From assembly GCA_965224245.1 (NCBI GenBank), contig OZ245046.1, positions 2,080,001 through 2,144,000 on the forward strand: 64,000 nucleotides of DNA, given 5' to 3'. The DNA comes from Candidatus Eiseniibacteriota bacterium (GTDB taxonomy: Bacteria; Eisenbacteria; RBG-16-71-46; CAZAMP01). Made by a program: the position numbers and the translations under genes. Within the stretch, counting starts at the first letter, position 1; every line of letters begins with the position of its first letter. The notes beneath the pieces are model-generated. The model saw only the letters and a list, made by a program, of their open reading frames with translations, was not told the DNA's origin and did no database searches. Below, piece by piece: positions 43,539-53,657 of the stretch.

Positions 43539-44449
43539 GCGCGGCTCTCCTCGTCGTACGGAACGCCCACGTTCCCCGGCGGTGTCGATCGTCCGATGAA
43601 GCCGCACAGGACGACGAGCGTCAACACGTACGGAATCATCTGCACGACGTGTGAGGGCACGTCCACGCCGAGCGAGGTCTGGAGCCTGATCTGGAGCGCC
43701 TCGGCGAACCCGAACACCAGGCTGGCCAGGACGGCCCCCCCGGGGCGCCACTTGCCCACGATCATCGCCGCCAGCGCGATGTATCCGCGTCCAGCGGTCA
43801 TTCCGGACGTGAACGACGCCTGCTCGCTGGCCAGATACGCCCCCGCGAGCCCGGCCAGGAGGCCCGAGGCGAGAACGCCCGCCGTCCTCACCCGGCGCAC
43901 GCGGATGCCGAGGCTCGCCGCCGCCACGGCGTGCTCGCCCACCGCGCGCAGCCGGAGCCCGAAGCGGGTCCGGTAGAGCACGACGTGCGAGGCCACCGCG
44001 ATCAGGAGCGTGGCCAGGACGAGCGGATGCGAGAGGGTCGGGCCGACCACCGGAATCGCCGACAGCCCCGACACCGCCCCCGGATCGAACCCGACGATGC
44101 GCGGCGAGTTCGAACTCGAGCCGAACACGAGCTTCAAGGTGAAGTCGGTGGCTCCGAGCATCGTCAGGTTGATCGCGATGCCCGAGACGATCTGCTCGCC
44201 GCGAAAGCGGATGGTCACGATCGCGTGCACGCCCGCCACGGCGAGACCGACCAGGAGTGCCGCGAGCACGCCGAGCTCCGGAGCCTGACCGAAGTACGCA
44301 CCGATCGCGAAGCCGAACGCGCCGGCGAGCATGATGCCCTCGAGCGCGATGTTCACCACCCCCCCGCGCTCGGAGAACATCCCCCCCAGCGACGCCAGCA
44401 CGTACGGGATCGAGATGCGGAGTCCCTGGGCCACGAAGGCGATCTCCAT
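43535..44449 (-). CDS. Nucleoside/sugar ABC transporter permease (YufQ/NupC-like)
   Basis: SERGGVVNIALEG, QIVSGIAIN, GLRLRAVGE, GRGYIALAA, MIPYVLT. Confidence 0.92.
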   Translation of the reverse strand: MEIAFVAQGLRISIPYVLASLGGMFSERGGVVNIALEGIMLAGAFGFAIGAYFGQAPELGVLAALLVGLAVAGVHAIVTIRFRGEQIVSGIAINLTMLGATDFTLKLVFGSSSNSPRIVGFDPGAVSGLSAIPVVGPTLSHPLVLATLLIAVASHVVLYRTRFGLRLRAVGEHAVAAASLGIRVRRVRTAGVLASGLLAGLAGAYLASEQASFTSGMTAGRGYIALAAMIVGKWRPGGAVLASLVFGFAEALQIRLQTSLGVDVPSHVVQMIPYVLTLVVLCGFIGRSTPPGNVGVPYDEESRA

Positions 44450-44450
44450 G

Positions 44451-45515
44451 TCAGGACCTCCCGGCCAGTGCGGCCTTCGCGCGCTCGACCCGGAGCCGCT
44501 CGGCGACCGAGCGGCTCACCAGGATCATCAGGATCACGACACCCTGGAGGATCGAGACGATCTCCTTCGGCACGAGGTCGCTGACGGTCAGCCCGCCGTG
44601 CTGCATCGCCCCGAACAGGAGCGCGGCCAGCACGACGCCGATGGGCCGGCTCTGCCCCAGCATCGCCACCGCGATGCCCATGAAGCCGACGCCGTCGGAG
44701 AAGTTCGCTCCGAAGTAGTGCCGGTAGCCGAGCACCTCGTGCACCCCGACCAGCCCCGCCATCGCACCGCCCAGCACGAAGGCCGTCCGCTGGCGGGCCC
44801 CGACGGCGATGCCCGCCGCGCCGGCCGCGCGCGGGTTCAGCCCCACCGCGCGGAGCTCGAATCCGAGCGGGGTCCTCCACAGGAATACGTGGACGAGCGC
44901 GGCGACGACCAGCGCGACCGCGAGGGCGACGCTCACCGATGCGCCCCGGAAGGCCGGGATGATCGTCGAGAGCCGGGGCAGCCAGATCGACGACGGCACG
45001 TGCTCGGTATGGATGGTCTCGGGCACCGCCATGTGGTACGTCACGACGTATCCGGTCAGCGCGATCGCGACGAAGTTCAGCATGATCGTGCTGATCACCT
45101 CGTGCGCGCCGAAGCGGCTCTTCAAGGCGCCGGCGATCCCGCCCCAGAGCGCGCCCCCGAGCGCCGCGGCGATCATCACGCCCGCGCACAGCATCGGTCC
45201 GGGCACGCCCGGCAACGCCAGCGCCAGCGCCGCGGCGGCGAACGCGCCGACGTAGAGCTGACCCTCGGCGCCGATGTTGAACAGCCCCGCGCGAAACGGA
45301 AGCGCCACCGCGAGCCCCGTGAAGATCAGCGGCGTGGCGTTGAACAGCGACTGCCCCAGGCCGTAGGGGGACAGGAGCGTCTCGGAGACGAGCCGCGCCA
45401 GCACCACCATCGGAGACGCACCGGCCACGGCGACCAGGATCGCGCCGATGCCGAGCGTCAACGCAGCGGCGGCGACGGCGGTGACGAGATCGATCCGTCT
45501 CGCGTCGGTGCTCAT
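44451..45515 (-). CDS. Nucleoside/sugar ABC transporter permease (YufP/NupB-like)
   Basis: PLIFTGLAVA, GLFNIGAEGQ, HEVISTIMLNF, GFELRAVGLN. Confidence 0.92.
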   Translation of the reverse strand: MSTDARRIDLVTAVAAAALTLGIGAILVAVAGASPMVVLARLVSETLLSPYGLGQSLFNATPLIFTGLAVALPFRAGLFNIGAEGQLYVGAFAAAALALALPGVPGPMLCAGVMIAAALGGALWGGIAGALKSRFGAHEVISTIMLNFVAIALTGYVVTYHMAVPETIHTEHVPSSIWLPRLSTIIPAFRGASVSVALAVALVVAALVHVFLWRTPLGFELRAVGLNPRAAGAAGIAVGARQRTAFVLGGAMAGLVGVHEVLGYRHYFGANFSDGVGFMGIAVAMLGQSRPIGVVLAALLFGAMQHGGLTVSDLVPKEIVSILQGVVILMILVSRSVAERLRVERAKAALAGRS

Positions 45516-47059
45516 CGGACGCTCGCTCGACCGCCGAGCATCCACTCACCCAGCACCTCGGGCGTGGCCTCCTCACCCGGAAGCTCGGCCACGATCGCAC
45601 CGCGCACCATCACCAGGATGCGATGCGACAGCGTCGTCAGCTCGTCCAGCTCGGCGCTCACGAGCAGCACCCCCAGCCCGTCCGAGGCCGCCTCGGCCAG
45701 CATGCGGTGGAGCGACGCCACCGCGCCCACGTCCACGCCGCGCGTGGGCCCGGCCGCCACCAGGAGGACCGGATCTCCGGCCAGCGCGCGGGCCAGGACC
45801 ACCTTCTGCTGATTGCCGCCCGAGAGTTCCTCCACCGGTGCCCCGGCGTCGGGCGGTCGCACGTCGTAGCGCCCGACGAGCGCCTCCGCCTCGCGGGTGA
45901 CGGCCGCGCGATCGCGGAGGAGCGCGTTCGCGAACGGGCGGCGGCGATGTCGGCCCAGGACGAGATTGTCCGCGACCGAGAACGTCGAGACGAGCCCCTC
46001 GTCCAGCCGGTCCTCGGGGACCAGTCCGATGCCGGCGTCGGCGAAGGCACCGCGGTCCCGCCCGCGGAGCTCGGTCGCGCCCAGCGTGATCCGCCCCGAG
46101 TCCGGCGCCCGCAGTCCGGACACGACCTCCACGAGCTCGGTCTGTCCGTTTCCGGCCACACCGGCCACGCCCACCACCTCGCCCGCGCGCACGCCGAGGG
46201 ACACGTCGTCGAGAAGCGTGTGGCCGTGGGAGTCCGTCAGCGAGACCCGATCCAGCGACAGGAGCATCTCGCGCGAGCGCGGCGCCGTCCGCCGCGGCGG
46301 CACCGGCAGCGAGCGTCCGACCATCGCGTGCGCGAGAGACTCGATGGTCACGTCCGACACGGCGGACGTGGAGATGGTGCGACCGCGCCGCATGACGGTG
46401 GCGCGATCGGCCACCCGCACCACCTCGGACAGGCGGTGCGTGATCAGGATGATCGTGCGTCCCGACGCTGACAGCCCGGTCAGCGCACGGAACAGTCCGT
46501 CGGTCTCCTGGGGGGTCAGCACCGCGGTGGGCTCGTCGAGCACCAGCACGCGGGCGCCCCGGTGCAGGAGCTTCAGGATCTCGACCTGCTGCTTTGCACC
46601 CACGCCGAGCGTGTCCACGCGAGCGCACGGATCGACCGGCATGCCGTGCTCGGCGCCCAGCTCCGCCACGCGCGTGTCCGCCCGGCCGCGGAGGTGGAAG
46701 CCGGCGCGTACCGGCTCGTGACCGAGGACGACGTTGTCGGCCACCGTGAGGGGTGCGACCAGCGTGAAGTGCTGGTGGACCATGCCGATGCCGGCCGCGA
46801 TGGCGTCGCGCGGAGACCGGAGCTCGATCTCGCGTCCGTCGACGCGGATCTGGCCCGCGTCGGGACGCGTCTCGCCGTAGAGGATGCGCATCAGCGTGGA
46901 TTTGCCGGCGCCGTTCTCGCCCACGATCGCGTGGATCTCGCCCCGGTTCGCCGAGAACGACACGCCGTCGTTGGCGATCACACGCGCGAACCGCTTGACG
47001 ATGCCGGTCAGCTCGACCGCGGGCGTCGTGCCGTTGTCCGCCCTCGCCCCGGGGGTCAT
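45512..47059 (-). CDS. Nucleoside/sugar ABC transporter ATP-binding protein (two ABC domains)
   Basis: GENGAGKSTLM, GIGMVHQHF, LDEPTAVLTPQE, GVAGNGQTEL, LSGGNQQK, PTRGVDVGA. Confidence 0.93.
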   Translation of the reverse strand: MTPGARADNGTTPAVELTGIVKRFARVIANDGVSFSANRGEIHAIVGENGAGKSTLMRILYGETRPDAGQIRVDGREIELRSPRDAIAAGIGMVHQHFTLVAPLTVADNVVLGHEPVRAGFHLRGRADTRVAELGAEHGMPVDPCARVDTLGVGAKQQVEILKLLHRGARVLVLDEPTAVLTPQETDGLFRALTGLSASGRTIILITHRLSEVVRVADRATVMRRGRTISTSAVSDVTIESLAHAMVGRSLPVPPRRTAPRSREMLLSLDRVSLTDSHGHTLLDDVSLGVRAGEVVGVAGVAGNGQTELVEVVSGLRAPDSGRITLGATELRGRDRGAFADAGIGLVPEDRLDEGLVSTFSVADNLVLGRHRRRPFANALLRDRAAVTREAEALVGRYDVRPPDAGAPVEELSGGNQQKVVLARALAGDPVLLVAAGPTRGVDVGAVASLHRMLAEAASDGLGVLLVSAELDELTTLSHRILVMVRGAIVAELPGEEATPEVLGEWMLGGRASVR

Positions 47060-48123
47060 CGCGTGCGCGGCACCGTCACGCGCCCGGAGACGATGTCGTC
47101 CCGGTAGGCCTCGACCTGCGCGTGCACGTCGTCGTCGATCAGCTCCCGGTTGTGATCGTCGTAGACGTAGTCGACGCCCCGCTCGGCCAGTCCCAGCTCG
47201 CGCACGCCTCCCGAGAAGCGACCGGCCAGCTCGGCCTTGATCGTCTCGAAGACCGCGACGTCCACGCGCTTGACCATGCTGGACAGGATGCGCCCTGGCG
47301 CCTCCTCGTATTGATCGGAATCGACGCCGATCGCGAAGCGCCGCGTCTGGCGCGCCGCCTCGAACACGCCGAGACCGGTGGCGCCGGCCGCGTGGAAGAT
47401 CACGTCCGCCCCGGACTCGTACTGCGCGAGGGCCAGCTCCTTGCCCTTCGACGGGTTCGCGAACGCCTCGCCGGTGACCCCGGCGTAGCTGACGAAGACG
47501 GTCACGTCCTCGCGCGCGTGCTCGGCGCCGGCCTCGTACCCCGCCTGGAAGCGATGGATCAGCGGGATGTCCATGCCGCCCACGAACCCGATCTTGCCCG
47601 TCTTCGACGTCAGCGCGGCCAGCGCGCCGACCAGGAACGAGCCCTCTTCCTCCCGGAACCGGAGCGCCGTCAGGTTCGGCGGCAGCGTCTCGCCGTCCTT
47701 CAGCGAGTAGTCCACGCAGGCGAAGTGCCGATCGGGGAACTCCTCGGCGATGTGCCGGATGTCGTCGGAGAACAGAAACCCGACCCCGAACACGAGCTTC
47801 AGGTCGGACGCCGCCATCTTCCTGAGCGACGGCTCGCGATCCGCGCCCGATGGTGGCTCCAGGATCTCGAAGTCGATCCCGAGCGAGTCGCGGGCCCGCA
47901 GGAGTCCCCGGTATGCGGCGTCGTTGAACGACTTGTCCCCGAGACCGCCCACGTCGAACACGAGCCCGACCACGGGACGGGACTGGCTGGACGACTGGTC
48001 CGCGCGGCATCCCCAGAGCACGACCGCCCCCAGCGAGAGGCCCACGAGCGCGGCCGACACCCCGCGGGCGAGGCGGCGCCGGGGCGGGTCCGGAACGCGC
48101 GTGCCACAGCGGTCGGCCATCAT
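47056..48123 (-). CDS. BMP family nucleoside-binding lipoprotein
   Basis: Lipobox [49 protein letters not shown]. Confidence 0.93.
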   Translation of the reverse strand: MMADRCGTRVPDPPRRRLARGVSAALVGLSLGAVVLWGCRADQSSSQSRPVVGLVFDVGGLGDKSFNDAAYRGLLRARDSLGIDFEILEPPSGADREPSLRKMAASDLKLVFGVGFLFSDDIRHIAEEFPDRHFACVDYSLKDGETLPPNLTALRFREEEGSFLVGALAALTSKTGKIGFVGGMDIPLIHRFQAGYEAGAEHAREDVTVFVSYAGVTGEAFANPSKGKELALAQYESGADVIFHAAGATGLGVFEAARQTRRFAIGVDSDQYEEAPGRILSSMVKRVDVAVFETIKAELAGRFSGGVRELGLAERGVDYVYDDHNRELIDDDVHAQVEAYRDDIVSGRVTVPRTR

Positions 48124-48692
48124 CCCTCCCTCGGCGGCTGGAAGCAGTGGCGGCATCGCGCCTCGTAGACGTCGGCGGCCCCGACCACGATGCGCTCGCC
48201 CGACGGTGTCTTGCGCTGGCTCCGATTGCCCGGCCCCCCGCACACCACGCAGATGGCCAGCGTCTTGGTGATGTACTCGGCGATGGCCAGGAGCTCGGGG
48301 ATCGGCTCGAACGGGCGACCGCGGTAGTCGGTGTCGAGCCCGGCGACGATCACCCTCCGGCCGCCCGCCGCGAGATCCTGACACACACCGACCACGCGCG
48401 GACCGAAGAACTGCACCTCGTCGATGCCCACGACCTGGGCGTCGCCGGCCAGCTCGGCGATCTCGGCCGACGTGGACACGGCCTGCGACGGCAGGCTGAT
48501 CTGACTGTGCGACACGATGTGATCGGCGCGGTAGCGGTCGTCGAGCTTGGGCTTGAAGATCGCCACCCGCTGCTTGGCGATCTCGGCGCGGCGCAGACGG
48601 CGAATGAGCTCCTCGGACTTTCCGCTGAACATGCTGCCGCAGATGACTTCGACCCAGCCCGGCCGTCCGGCCGGATGCGGCGGTGGATTCAT
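48120..48692 (-). CDS. tdk: Thymidine kinase
   Basis: [41 protein letters not shown]. Confidence 0.96.
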   Translation of the reverse strand: MNPPPHPAGRPGWVEVICGSMFSGKSEELIRRLRRAEIAKQRVAIFKPKLDDRYRADHIVSHSQISLPSQAVSTSAEIAELAGDAQVVGIDEVQFFGPRVVGVCQDLAAGGRRVIVAGLDTDYRGRPFEPIPELLAIAEYITKTLAICVVCGGPGNRSQRKTPSGERIVVGAADVYEARCRHCFQPPREG

Positions 48693-48745
48693 GCGAGGAC
48701 TCCCGACGACCGCCGGCGCCGTGGATCGCGCCGGGTCGTCCGCGT

Positions 48746-49384
48746 TCAGTTCATGCCCGCGAGCTGCGAGCGGATCTTGGTCTTCAACAGATCGACGGCC
48801 ACGTGATTGTAGCCGCCCTCGGGAATGATGACGTCGGCGTAGCGCTTGGTGGGCTCGATGAACTGCTGGTGCATCGGCCGGACGTACGCCTCGTACTGCG
48901 CGATGATCGACTCGACCGAGCGCCCGCGCTCGAACACGTCCCGCTTGAGGCGGCGGATGAACCGCACGTCGGGATCGGTGTCGATGTACACCTTGATCCG
49001 CATCTTCTCGCGCAGTCGCCGGTCGTAGAACACGAGAATACCCTCCAGGATCACGATCCGCGAGCCGCCGGCGCGCGTGGTCTCCCGGGTGCGAACGTGG
49101 TTGACGTAGTCGTACACGGGGACGTCCACGTGCGTGCCGGACAGCAGCGTGTCGACGTGAGCCCGCAGGAGGTCGGTGTCGAACGCGTCTGGATGGTCGA
49201 AGTTGAACGCGGCGCGCTCGGGCTCGGGCATGTGGCCGAGGTCACGGTAGTAGTTGTCCTGCCGGAGGATGACGACCTTGTCGGGCCCCAGGTCGTCGTA
49301 GATGGACCGGGCCACCGACGTCTTGCCGGAGCCGCTGCCACCGGCGATGCCGATCAGGATCCCCTCCTGCTCGCGCAGGATCAT
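48746..49384 (-). CDS. udk: Uridine kinase
   Basis: [52 protein letters not shown]. Confidence 0.96.
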   Translation of the reverse strand: MILREQEGILIGIAGGSGSGKTSVARSIYDDLGPDKVVILRQDNYYRDLGHMPEPERAAFNFDHPDAFDTDLLRAHVDTLLSGTHVDVPVYDYVNHVRTRETTRAGGSRIVILEGILVFYDRRLREKMRIKVYIDTDPDVRFIRRLKRDVFERGRSVESIIAQYEAYVRPMHQQFIEPTKRYADVIIPEGGYNHVAVDLLKTKIRSQLAGMN

Positions 49385-49686
49385 GCCCCACCTCCCCCGG
49401 AGTCCCGGCCGGACGACGGCGAGCGCGATACGTCGTCCACCACCCCGACGATCATCGTGCGTACGGGACCACGGCCGGTCTCCATGACCACCGCGGCGCC
49501 GCCGCCTTCGTCGTTGACGAGGACCCGATCGCCCACACCCGCGTCCACGCTGTCCAGCGCGATCACGTCGTCGGGCTCGAGCTCGCCGCGATCGTTCTCG
49601 TACGCGATCACGAGCAGCTTCCATCCCACGAGCGCGGGATGCTTGACGGTGGACACCACCTCGCCGGTCACCCGCGCGACACGCAC
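49381..49686 (-). CDS. Bacterial microcompartment vertex (pentamer) protein, EutN/CcmL family
   Basis: MRVARVTGEVVSTVKHPALVGWKLLVI..IALDSVDAGVGDRVLV..EG..A..PVRTMIVGVVD follows the EutN/CcmL pattern end to end. Confidence 0.9.
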   Translation of the reverse strand: MRVARVTGEVVSTVKHPALVGWKLLVIAYENDRGELEPDDVIALDSVDAGVGDRVLVNDEGGGAAVVMETGRGPVRTMIVGVVDDVSRSPSSGRDSGGGGA

Positions 49687-49687
49687 G

Positions 49688-50341
49688 TCAGTCCTCCGGT
49701 CCCGCGTCCAGCGCACCCAGGCGACGCGCGCGGGCCCGTACGTCTCGGTAGATCCGCTCGAGGCCGTCGTCGAGAAAGTCGGGCGCCTCGGTGTCGACCT
49801 CGAGCACCTCGAAGCGATCGCGCGCCTCGGCCATCCAGGCCGCATACGCGTTCTCCAGCCGCTGCAGGTACTCGCGCGAGATCCCCTGCTCGCACTCGCG
49901 GCCCCGGCTCTGGATCCGCTCCACGTGGGTGTCGATCGACGCCTTGAGGTACAGGATGAGATCTGGCGGGCGAAGCCCGTCGACCATCTCCCAGAACAGC
50001 GATCGGTAGGTGTCGTAGTCGATGCGCGACATGTCCCCTTGCCGGAGCAATGTCGTCGCGAAGACCTCGGCGTCCTCGTAGATCGTGCGATCCTGGATGA
50101 ACGAGCGTTTCTCCATCACGAAGCGCTTCTGGGCCTTGTAACGCTCGGAGAGAAAGTACATCTGCAGGTGGAACGACCACCGCGCCATGTCGGCGTAGAA
50201 GTCCTCGAGATACGGGTTCTCGATGACGGGCTCGTAGTACACCGGCCAGCCCAGTCGCTGGCTGAGCGTGCTCGAGACGTGCGTCTTGCCCACGCCGATG
50301 TTGCCGGCGACCGCCAGGAAGAAGCCGCGCCCGGCGCTCAC
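49688..50341 (-). CDS. Deoxynucleoside kinase (dAK/dCK/dGK family)
   Basis: AVAGNIGVGKT, EPVIENPYLEDFY, LQMYFL, QDRTIYED, PDLILYL, RIQSRGRECE. Confidence 0.93.
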   Translation of the reverse strand: MSAGRGFFLAVAGNIGVGKTHVSSTLSQRLGWPVYYEPVIENPYLEDFYADMARWSFHLQMYFLSERYKAQKRFVMEKRSFIQDRTIYEDAEVFATTLLRQGDMSRIDYDTYRSLFWEMVDGLRPPDLILYLKASIDTHVERIQSRGRECEQGISREYLQRLENAYAAWMAEARDRFEVLEVDTEAPDFLDDGLERIYRDVRARARRLGALDAGPED

Positions 50342-50865
50342 ACGCCCGCCTCGGCCGGATCGAGAACGCCGATGTAGGGCAGCTCGCGGTGCCGCTCGGC
50401 GTAGTCCATGCCGTACCCGACCACGAACTTGTCGGGGATCGCGAAGCCCACGTAGTCCACCTTCACGTCCACCTCGCGCCGATCCACCTTGTCCAGGAGC
50501 GCGCAGGTCCTGAAGGACCGGGGGCGCCGGATCTGGAGGCTATCGCGCATGTAGGCCAGCGAGCGACCCGAGTCCACGATGTCCTCGACGAGCAAGAGAT
50601 CGCGGCCGGAGACGTCGGTGTCCAGGTCCTTCAGCAGGCGCACGACGCCGCTGGAGGACGTGCCGTCCCCGTACGAGGACACGGACATGAAGTCGACCTC
50701 GTGCGGGATCGGCAGCCTGCGCATGAGGTCCGACATGAACATGAACGAGCCCTTGAGGACGCCGACCAGGATCAGGTCGGCGTCGGGACCGTAATCGCGC
50801 GTGATCTCCCCGGCGAGCTCGTCGACCCGCCGGTCGATCGCCTCGCGCGTGATGAGTATCTCCAC
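50338..50865 (-). CDS. hpt: Hypoxanthine phosphoribosyltransferase
   Basis: GVLKGSFMFMSDL, VSSYG, LLVEDIVDSG, FVVGYGMDYAE. Confidence 0.95.
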   Translation of the reverse strand: MEILITREAIDRRVDELAGEITRDYGPDADLILVGVLKGSFMFMSDLMRRLPIPHEVDFMSVSSYGDGTSSSGVVRLLKDLDTDVSGRDLLLVEDIVDSGRSLAYMRDSLQIRRPRSFRTCALLDKVDRREVDVKVDYVGFAIPDKFVVGYGMDYAERHRELPYIGVLDPAEAGV

Positions 50866-50908
50866 GGCTGAGCTCCCCCCTGCGCGCGCTTGCGGAATTG
50901 AGTCGGCG

Positions 50909-50937
50909 AGGGTAGCGTCCCGCTCGAGAGGGGTCAA
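50909..50937 (-). promoter_or_regulatory. Putative sigma70 promoter for the hpt-dNK-eutN-udk operon
   Basis: TTGACC-17 nt-TACCCT on the minus strand. Confidence 0.55.
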
Positions 50938-50998
50938 TCGGTCTCCCCGGCACACGCCGCAACGCGGTACGGCTCCGAACGCTCGCCCCGAGGTCGCC

Positions 50999-52096
50999 AT
51001 GGCAGACGACGCCACCACCCATCCTCCGATCACCCGCGAGCTGATCCTCGCGCTTCCCAAGACCGACCTCCACGTACACCTGGACGGATCCCTCCGGCCG
51101 GAGACCGTGCTGGAGCTGGTCGGGCAGTACGGGATCGAGCACCCGGCGAGGACTCCCGCCGAGATGCAGCGCGCGCTCAGCGTGGACGGGTCCCGATCCC
51201 TCGAGGAGTACCTCGAGGTCTTCGAGTTCACGCTGCGCCTGCTCCAGGAGCGCTCGTCCATCGAGCGAGTGGCCTACGAGCTGGCCGTCGACGCGGCCGC
51301 CGAGAACGTCCGGCACCTGGAGGTGCGATTCGCCCCGATTCTCCATCAGAGTCAGGGCCTCTCGCTGGACGAGATCCTGGACGCGGCCCTCGCCGGGCTC
51401 TCGCGGGCGAACTCCGAGACCGGCATCCGGACCGGCGTCATCGTGTGCGGCATCCGGCACATCCGCCCCGAGCGCTCGCTCGATCTGGCCGACCTGGCCG
51501 TGCGCTACAAGCACCGGGGCGTGGTCGCGTTCGATCTGGCCGGCGCCGAGCGGGACAACCCCGCCAAGCATCACCTGGAGGCGTTCTACCGGGTCCTCAA
51601 TGCGAACCTCAGCTGCACCGTGCACGCCGGTGAGGCGTTCGGCCCGGCCTCCATCCACCAGGCCATTCACTACTGCGGCGCGCACCGGATCGGGCACGGC
51701 ACACGGCTTCGGGAGGACCCCGAGCTCCTGGCCTACGTCAACGATCACCGGATCCCGATCGAGATGTGCCTCACGTCCAACCTGCACACCGGCGCGATCT
51801 CGCGCCTCGAGGACCATCCGTTCCGCGACTACTTCGACCTGGGGCTCCGGGTCACGCTGAACACCGACAACCGGCTCATCTCGAACACGACGGTCACCGA
51901 CGAGCTGGTCCTGGCCTGCGAGATGTTCCGGCTCACGCCCGGCGAGCTACGCTACGTGATCCTGAACGGATTCAAGAGCGCCTTCCTGCCCTTCGCCGAG
52001 AAGGTCGAGATGATGGCCCGCGTCGTGGAGGAGCTGGATTCGGTGCTCCAGGCGCATCATCCCGACAGCTCCCACCACGGCCGGTCGATCCTCTGA
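50999..52096 (+). CDS. add: Adenosine deaminase
   Basis: PKTDLHVHLDGS, FDLAGAE, TVHAGE, RIGHG, EMCLTSN, LNTDN. Confidence 0.94.
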   Translation: MADDATTHPPITRELILALPKTDLHVHLDGSLRPETVLELVGQYGIEHPARTPAEMQRALSVDGSRSLEEYLEVFEFTLRLLQERSSIERVAYELAVDAAAENVRHLEVRFAPILHQSQGLSLDEILDAALAGLSRANSETGIRTGVIVCGIRHIRPERSLDLADLAVRYKHRGVVAFDLAGAERDNPAKHHLEAFYRVLNANLSCTVHAGEAFGPASIHQAIHYCGAHRIGHGTRLREDPELLAYVNDHRIPIEMCLTSNLHTGAISRLEDHPFRDYFDLGLRVTLNTDNRLISNTTVTDELVLACEMFRLTPGELRYVILNGFKSAFLPFAEKVEMMARVVEELDSVLQAHHPDSSHHGRSIL

Positions 52097-52205
52097 ACAT
52101 CCCCGTCCACGCGGTCCTCACCTCGTGGCGGGAACACGCTATAATGGACGGGTCGCGCATGCGCGGCGCGAACCGTCGACGCACATCCCCGGAGCTCCAT
52201 TCGGC

Positions 52206-52664
52206 ATGCCTCAGCTCGAGCAAACGAAGGTCCGTGTCTCCCGCCAAACCGTTCGAATCCTCTGGTGGGCCTACGCCGGCGCCGTGGCGCTCTCCACCGT
52301 CCTGACCCTGGTCGGAACGGGCACGCGTGGAGAGACCGGGACGACCTGGTCGATTCCGGTGGCCGTGTGCCTGGGGGCCGCGCTGGTGGCCGCCATCTTC
52401 TCCTACCAGGTCATGATGTCGCTGCCCGGAGCCGGACATCAGATCTTCGACACCGTCGGCGATCACTTCGAGCTGGCGATTCGCAACCTCTTCTTGCGAT
52501 TCGTTCTCGCCGGCGGCGCGGCGACCGGCACCGGGCTCGTGGGGGCCGTCACGTTCGCGCTCGGTGCGAACGGCGTGCTCAGCCTGGCCGTGATCGGCCT
52601 GGCGTTCGGGCTCCTGTTGCTCCTCCGCCAGCGCGTCGCACCGCTGGTTCACTACCTGGCCTAG
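52206..52664 (+). CDS. Hypothetical membrane protein (about 4 TM)
   Basis: Four hydrophobic stretches; TATAAT at 52140-52145 upstream. Confidence 0.65.
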   Translation: MPQLEQTKVRVSRQTVRILWWAYAGAVALSTVLTLVGTGTRGETGTTWSIPVAVCLGAALVAAIFSYQVMMSLPGAGHQIFDTVGDHFELAIRNLFLRFVLAGGAATGTGLVGAVTFALGANGVLSLAVIGLAFGLLLLLRQRVAPLVHYLA

Positions 52665-52740
52665 CTCACCGGACCCGTCGCGCGCGGGCACGGGAGCGGG
52701 CGCGCTGCACCGCGATCCCCCGGACGGGCACCGAGGTCGC

Positions 52741-52769
52741 TTGAACCGAACGCCTTACGCGGCTATGCT
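52741..52769 (+). promoter_or_regulatory. Putative sigma70 promoter
   Basis: TTGAAC-17 nt-TATGCT. Confidence 0.55.
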
Positions 52770-52861
52770 GTGCGGCCTTCGAACGCCCCCGGGGCGAACG
52801 GGCGTCTCCGACGTGCTCCGTCCCGGCTCGATTTCTCCCCCAAACGGAGGGCTTCCCGAAC

Positions 52862-53506
52862 ATGCCCAAAGCGATCTGCGGAGTCGTACTCGCCGCCGGC
52901 TACGGATCGGTCGGTGAGCAGCGGAAGGTCCATCTGACGGTCGACCGGAAGACGCTGGTGCGTCGAGCCGTGGATCGCTTCGACGAGACCGGCGTCTCCA
53001 GCGTGCTGGCCGTCATCGACCCCCGGGACGAGACCACGCGCCGGTCCCTGGAAGGCAGCCGGGCCACGATCGTCGAGGCGGCCACCGCACAGGTGAGCGC
53101 CGGCGTCGCCGCGGCGCTGGAGGGCGCGACGCCCGACGCCGACGCCTACGCGTTCGTGCCGGCCACGCTGGCGCTGATCACGCCCGAGCTCCTGGCTCAG
53201 TCCCTGTCGGCCTTCGAAGAGACCGCCGACGGGATCCTGGCCACGGTCTACCAGGCGGTCCCGGGCTATCCGATGATCGTCGAGCGCCGGTTCCGGGATC
53301 CGCTCCTGGCCGCGGTGAAGGAGCAGTCGGACCCCCTGGGGCTTCTCCTGCTCGACCACCCTCGGGACGTGTTCGATCTCCACGTGATCACCGACGCGCC
53401 GATCTTCGACGTCGACGACGAGAGCGACTACGAGGAGCTGCACCGGCGGCTGGGGCTGAGCGTGCCCGAGTCGAGCCCCTCGTCCTCCGAGGGAGCCGGC
53501 GTCTGA
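52862..53506 (+). CDS. MobA/MocA-like nucleotidyltransferase-fold protein (divergent)
   Basis: GVVLAAG..K..L...TLVRRAV, VSAGV, GYP, FDVDDESDY resemble MocA/YgfJ. Confidence 0.7.
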   Translation: MPKAICGVVLAAGYGSVGEQRKVHLTVDRKTLVRRAVDRFDETGVSSVLAVIDPRDETTRRSLEGSRATIVEAATAQVSAGVAAALEGATPDADAYAFVPATLALITPELLAQSLSAFEETADGILATVYQAVPGYPMIVERRFRDPLLAAVKEQSDPLGLLLLDHPRDVFDLHVITDAPIFDVDDESDYEELHRRLGLSVPESSPSSSEGAGV

Positions 53507-53555
53507 CGACGCGCACCCTGCGCCTCATCCAGCGCCGGCGTCCCGCCGGACACGA

Positions 53556-53593
53556 GAAACGCCTCCCCGGGCCGGTGCCCGGGGAGGCGTTTC
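53556..53593. terminator. Probable bidirectional intrinsic terminator
   Basis: Perfect 17-bp inverted repeat GAAACGCCTCCCCGGGC-CGGT-GCCCGGGGAGGCGTTTC between convergent genes. Confidence 0.75.
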
Positions 53594-53657
53594 GTCGTGT
53601 CGTCCGAGACCGTTGCCGGCCGAGGCGGCCCGTGGCCGCCCCGGGTCGACATCCGGT

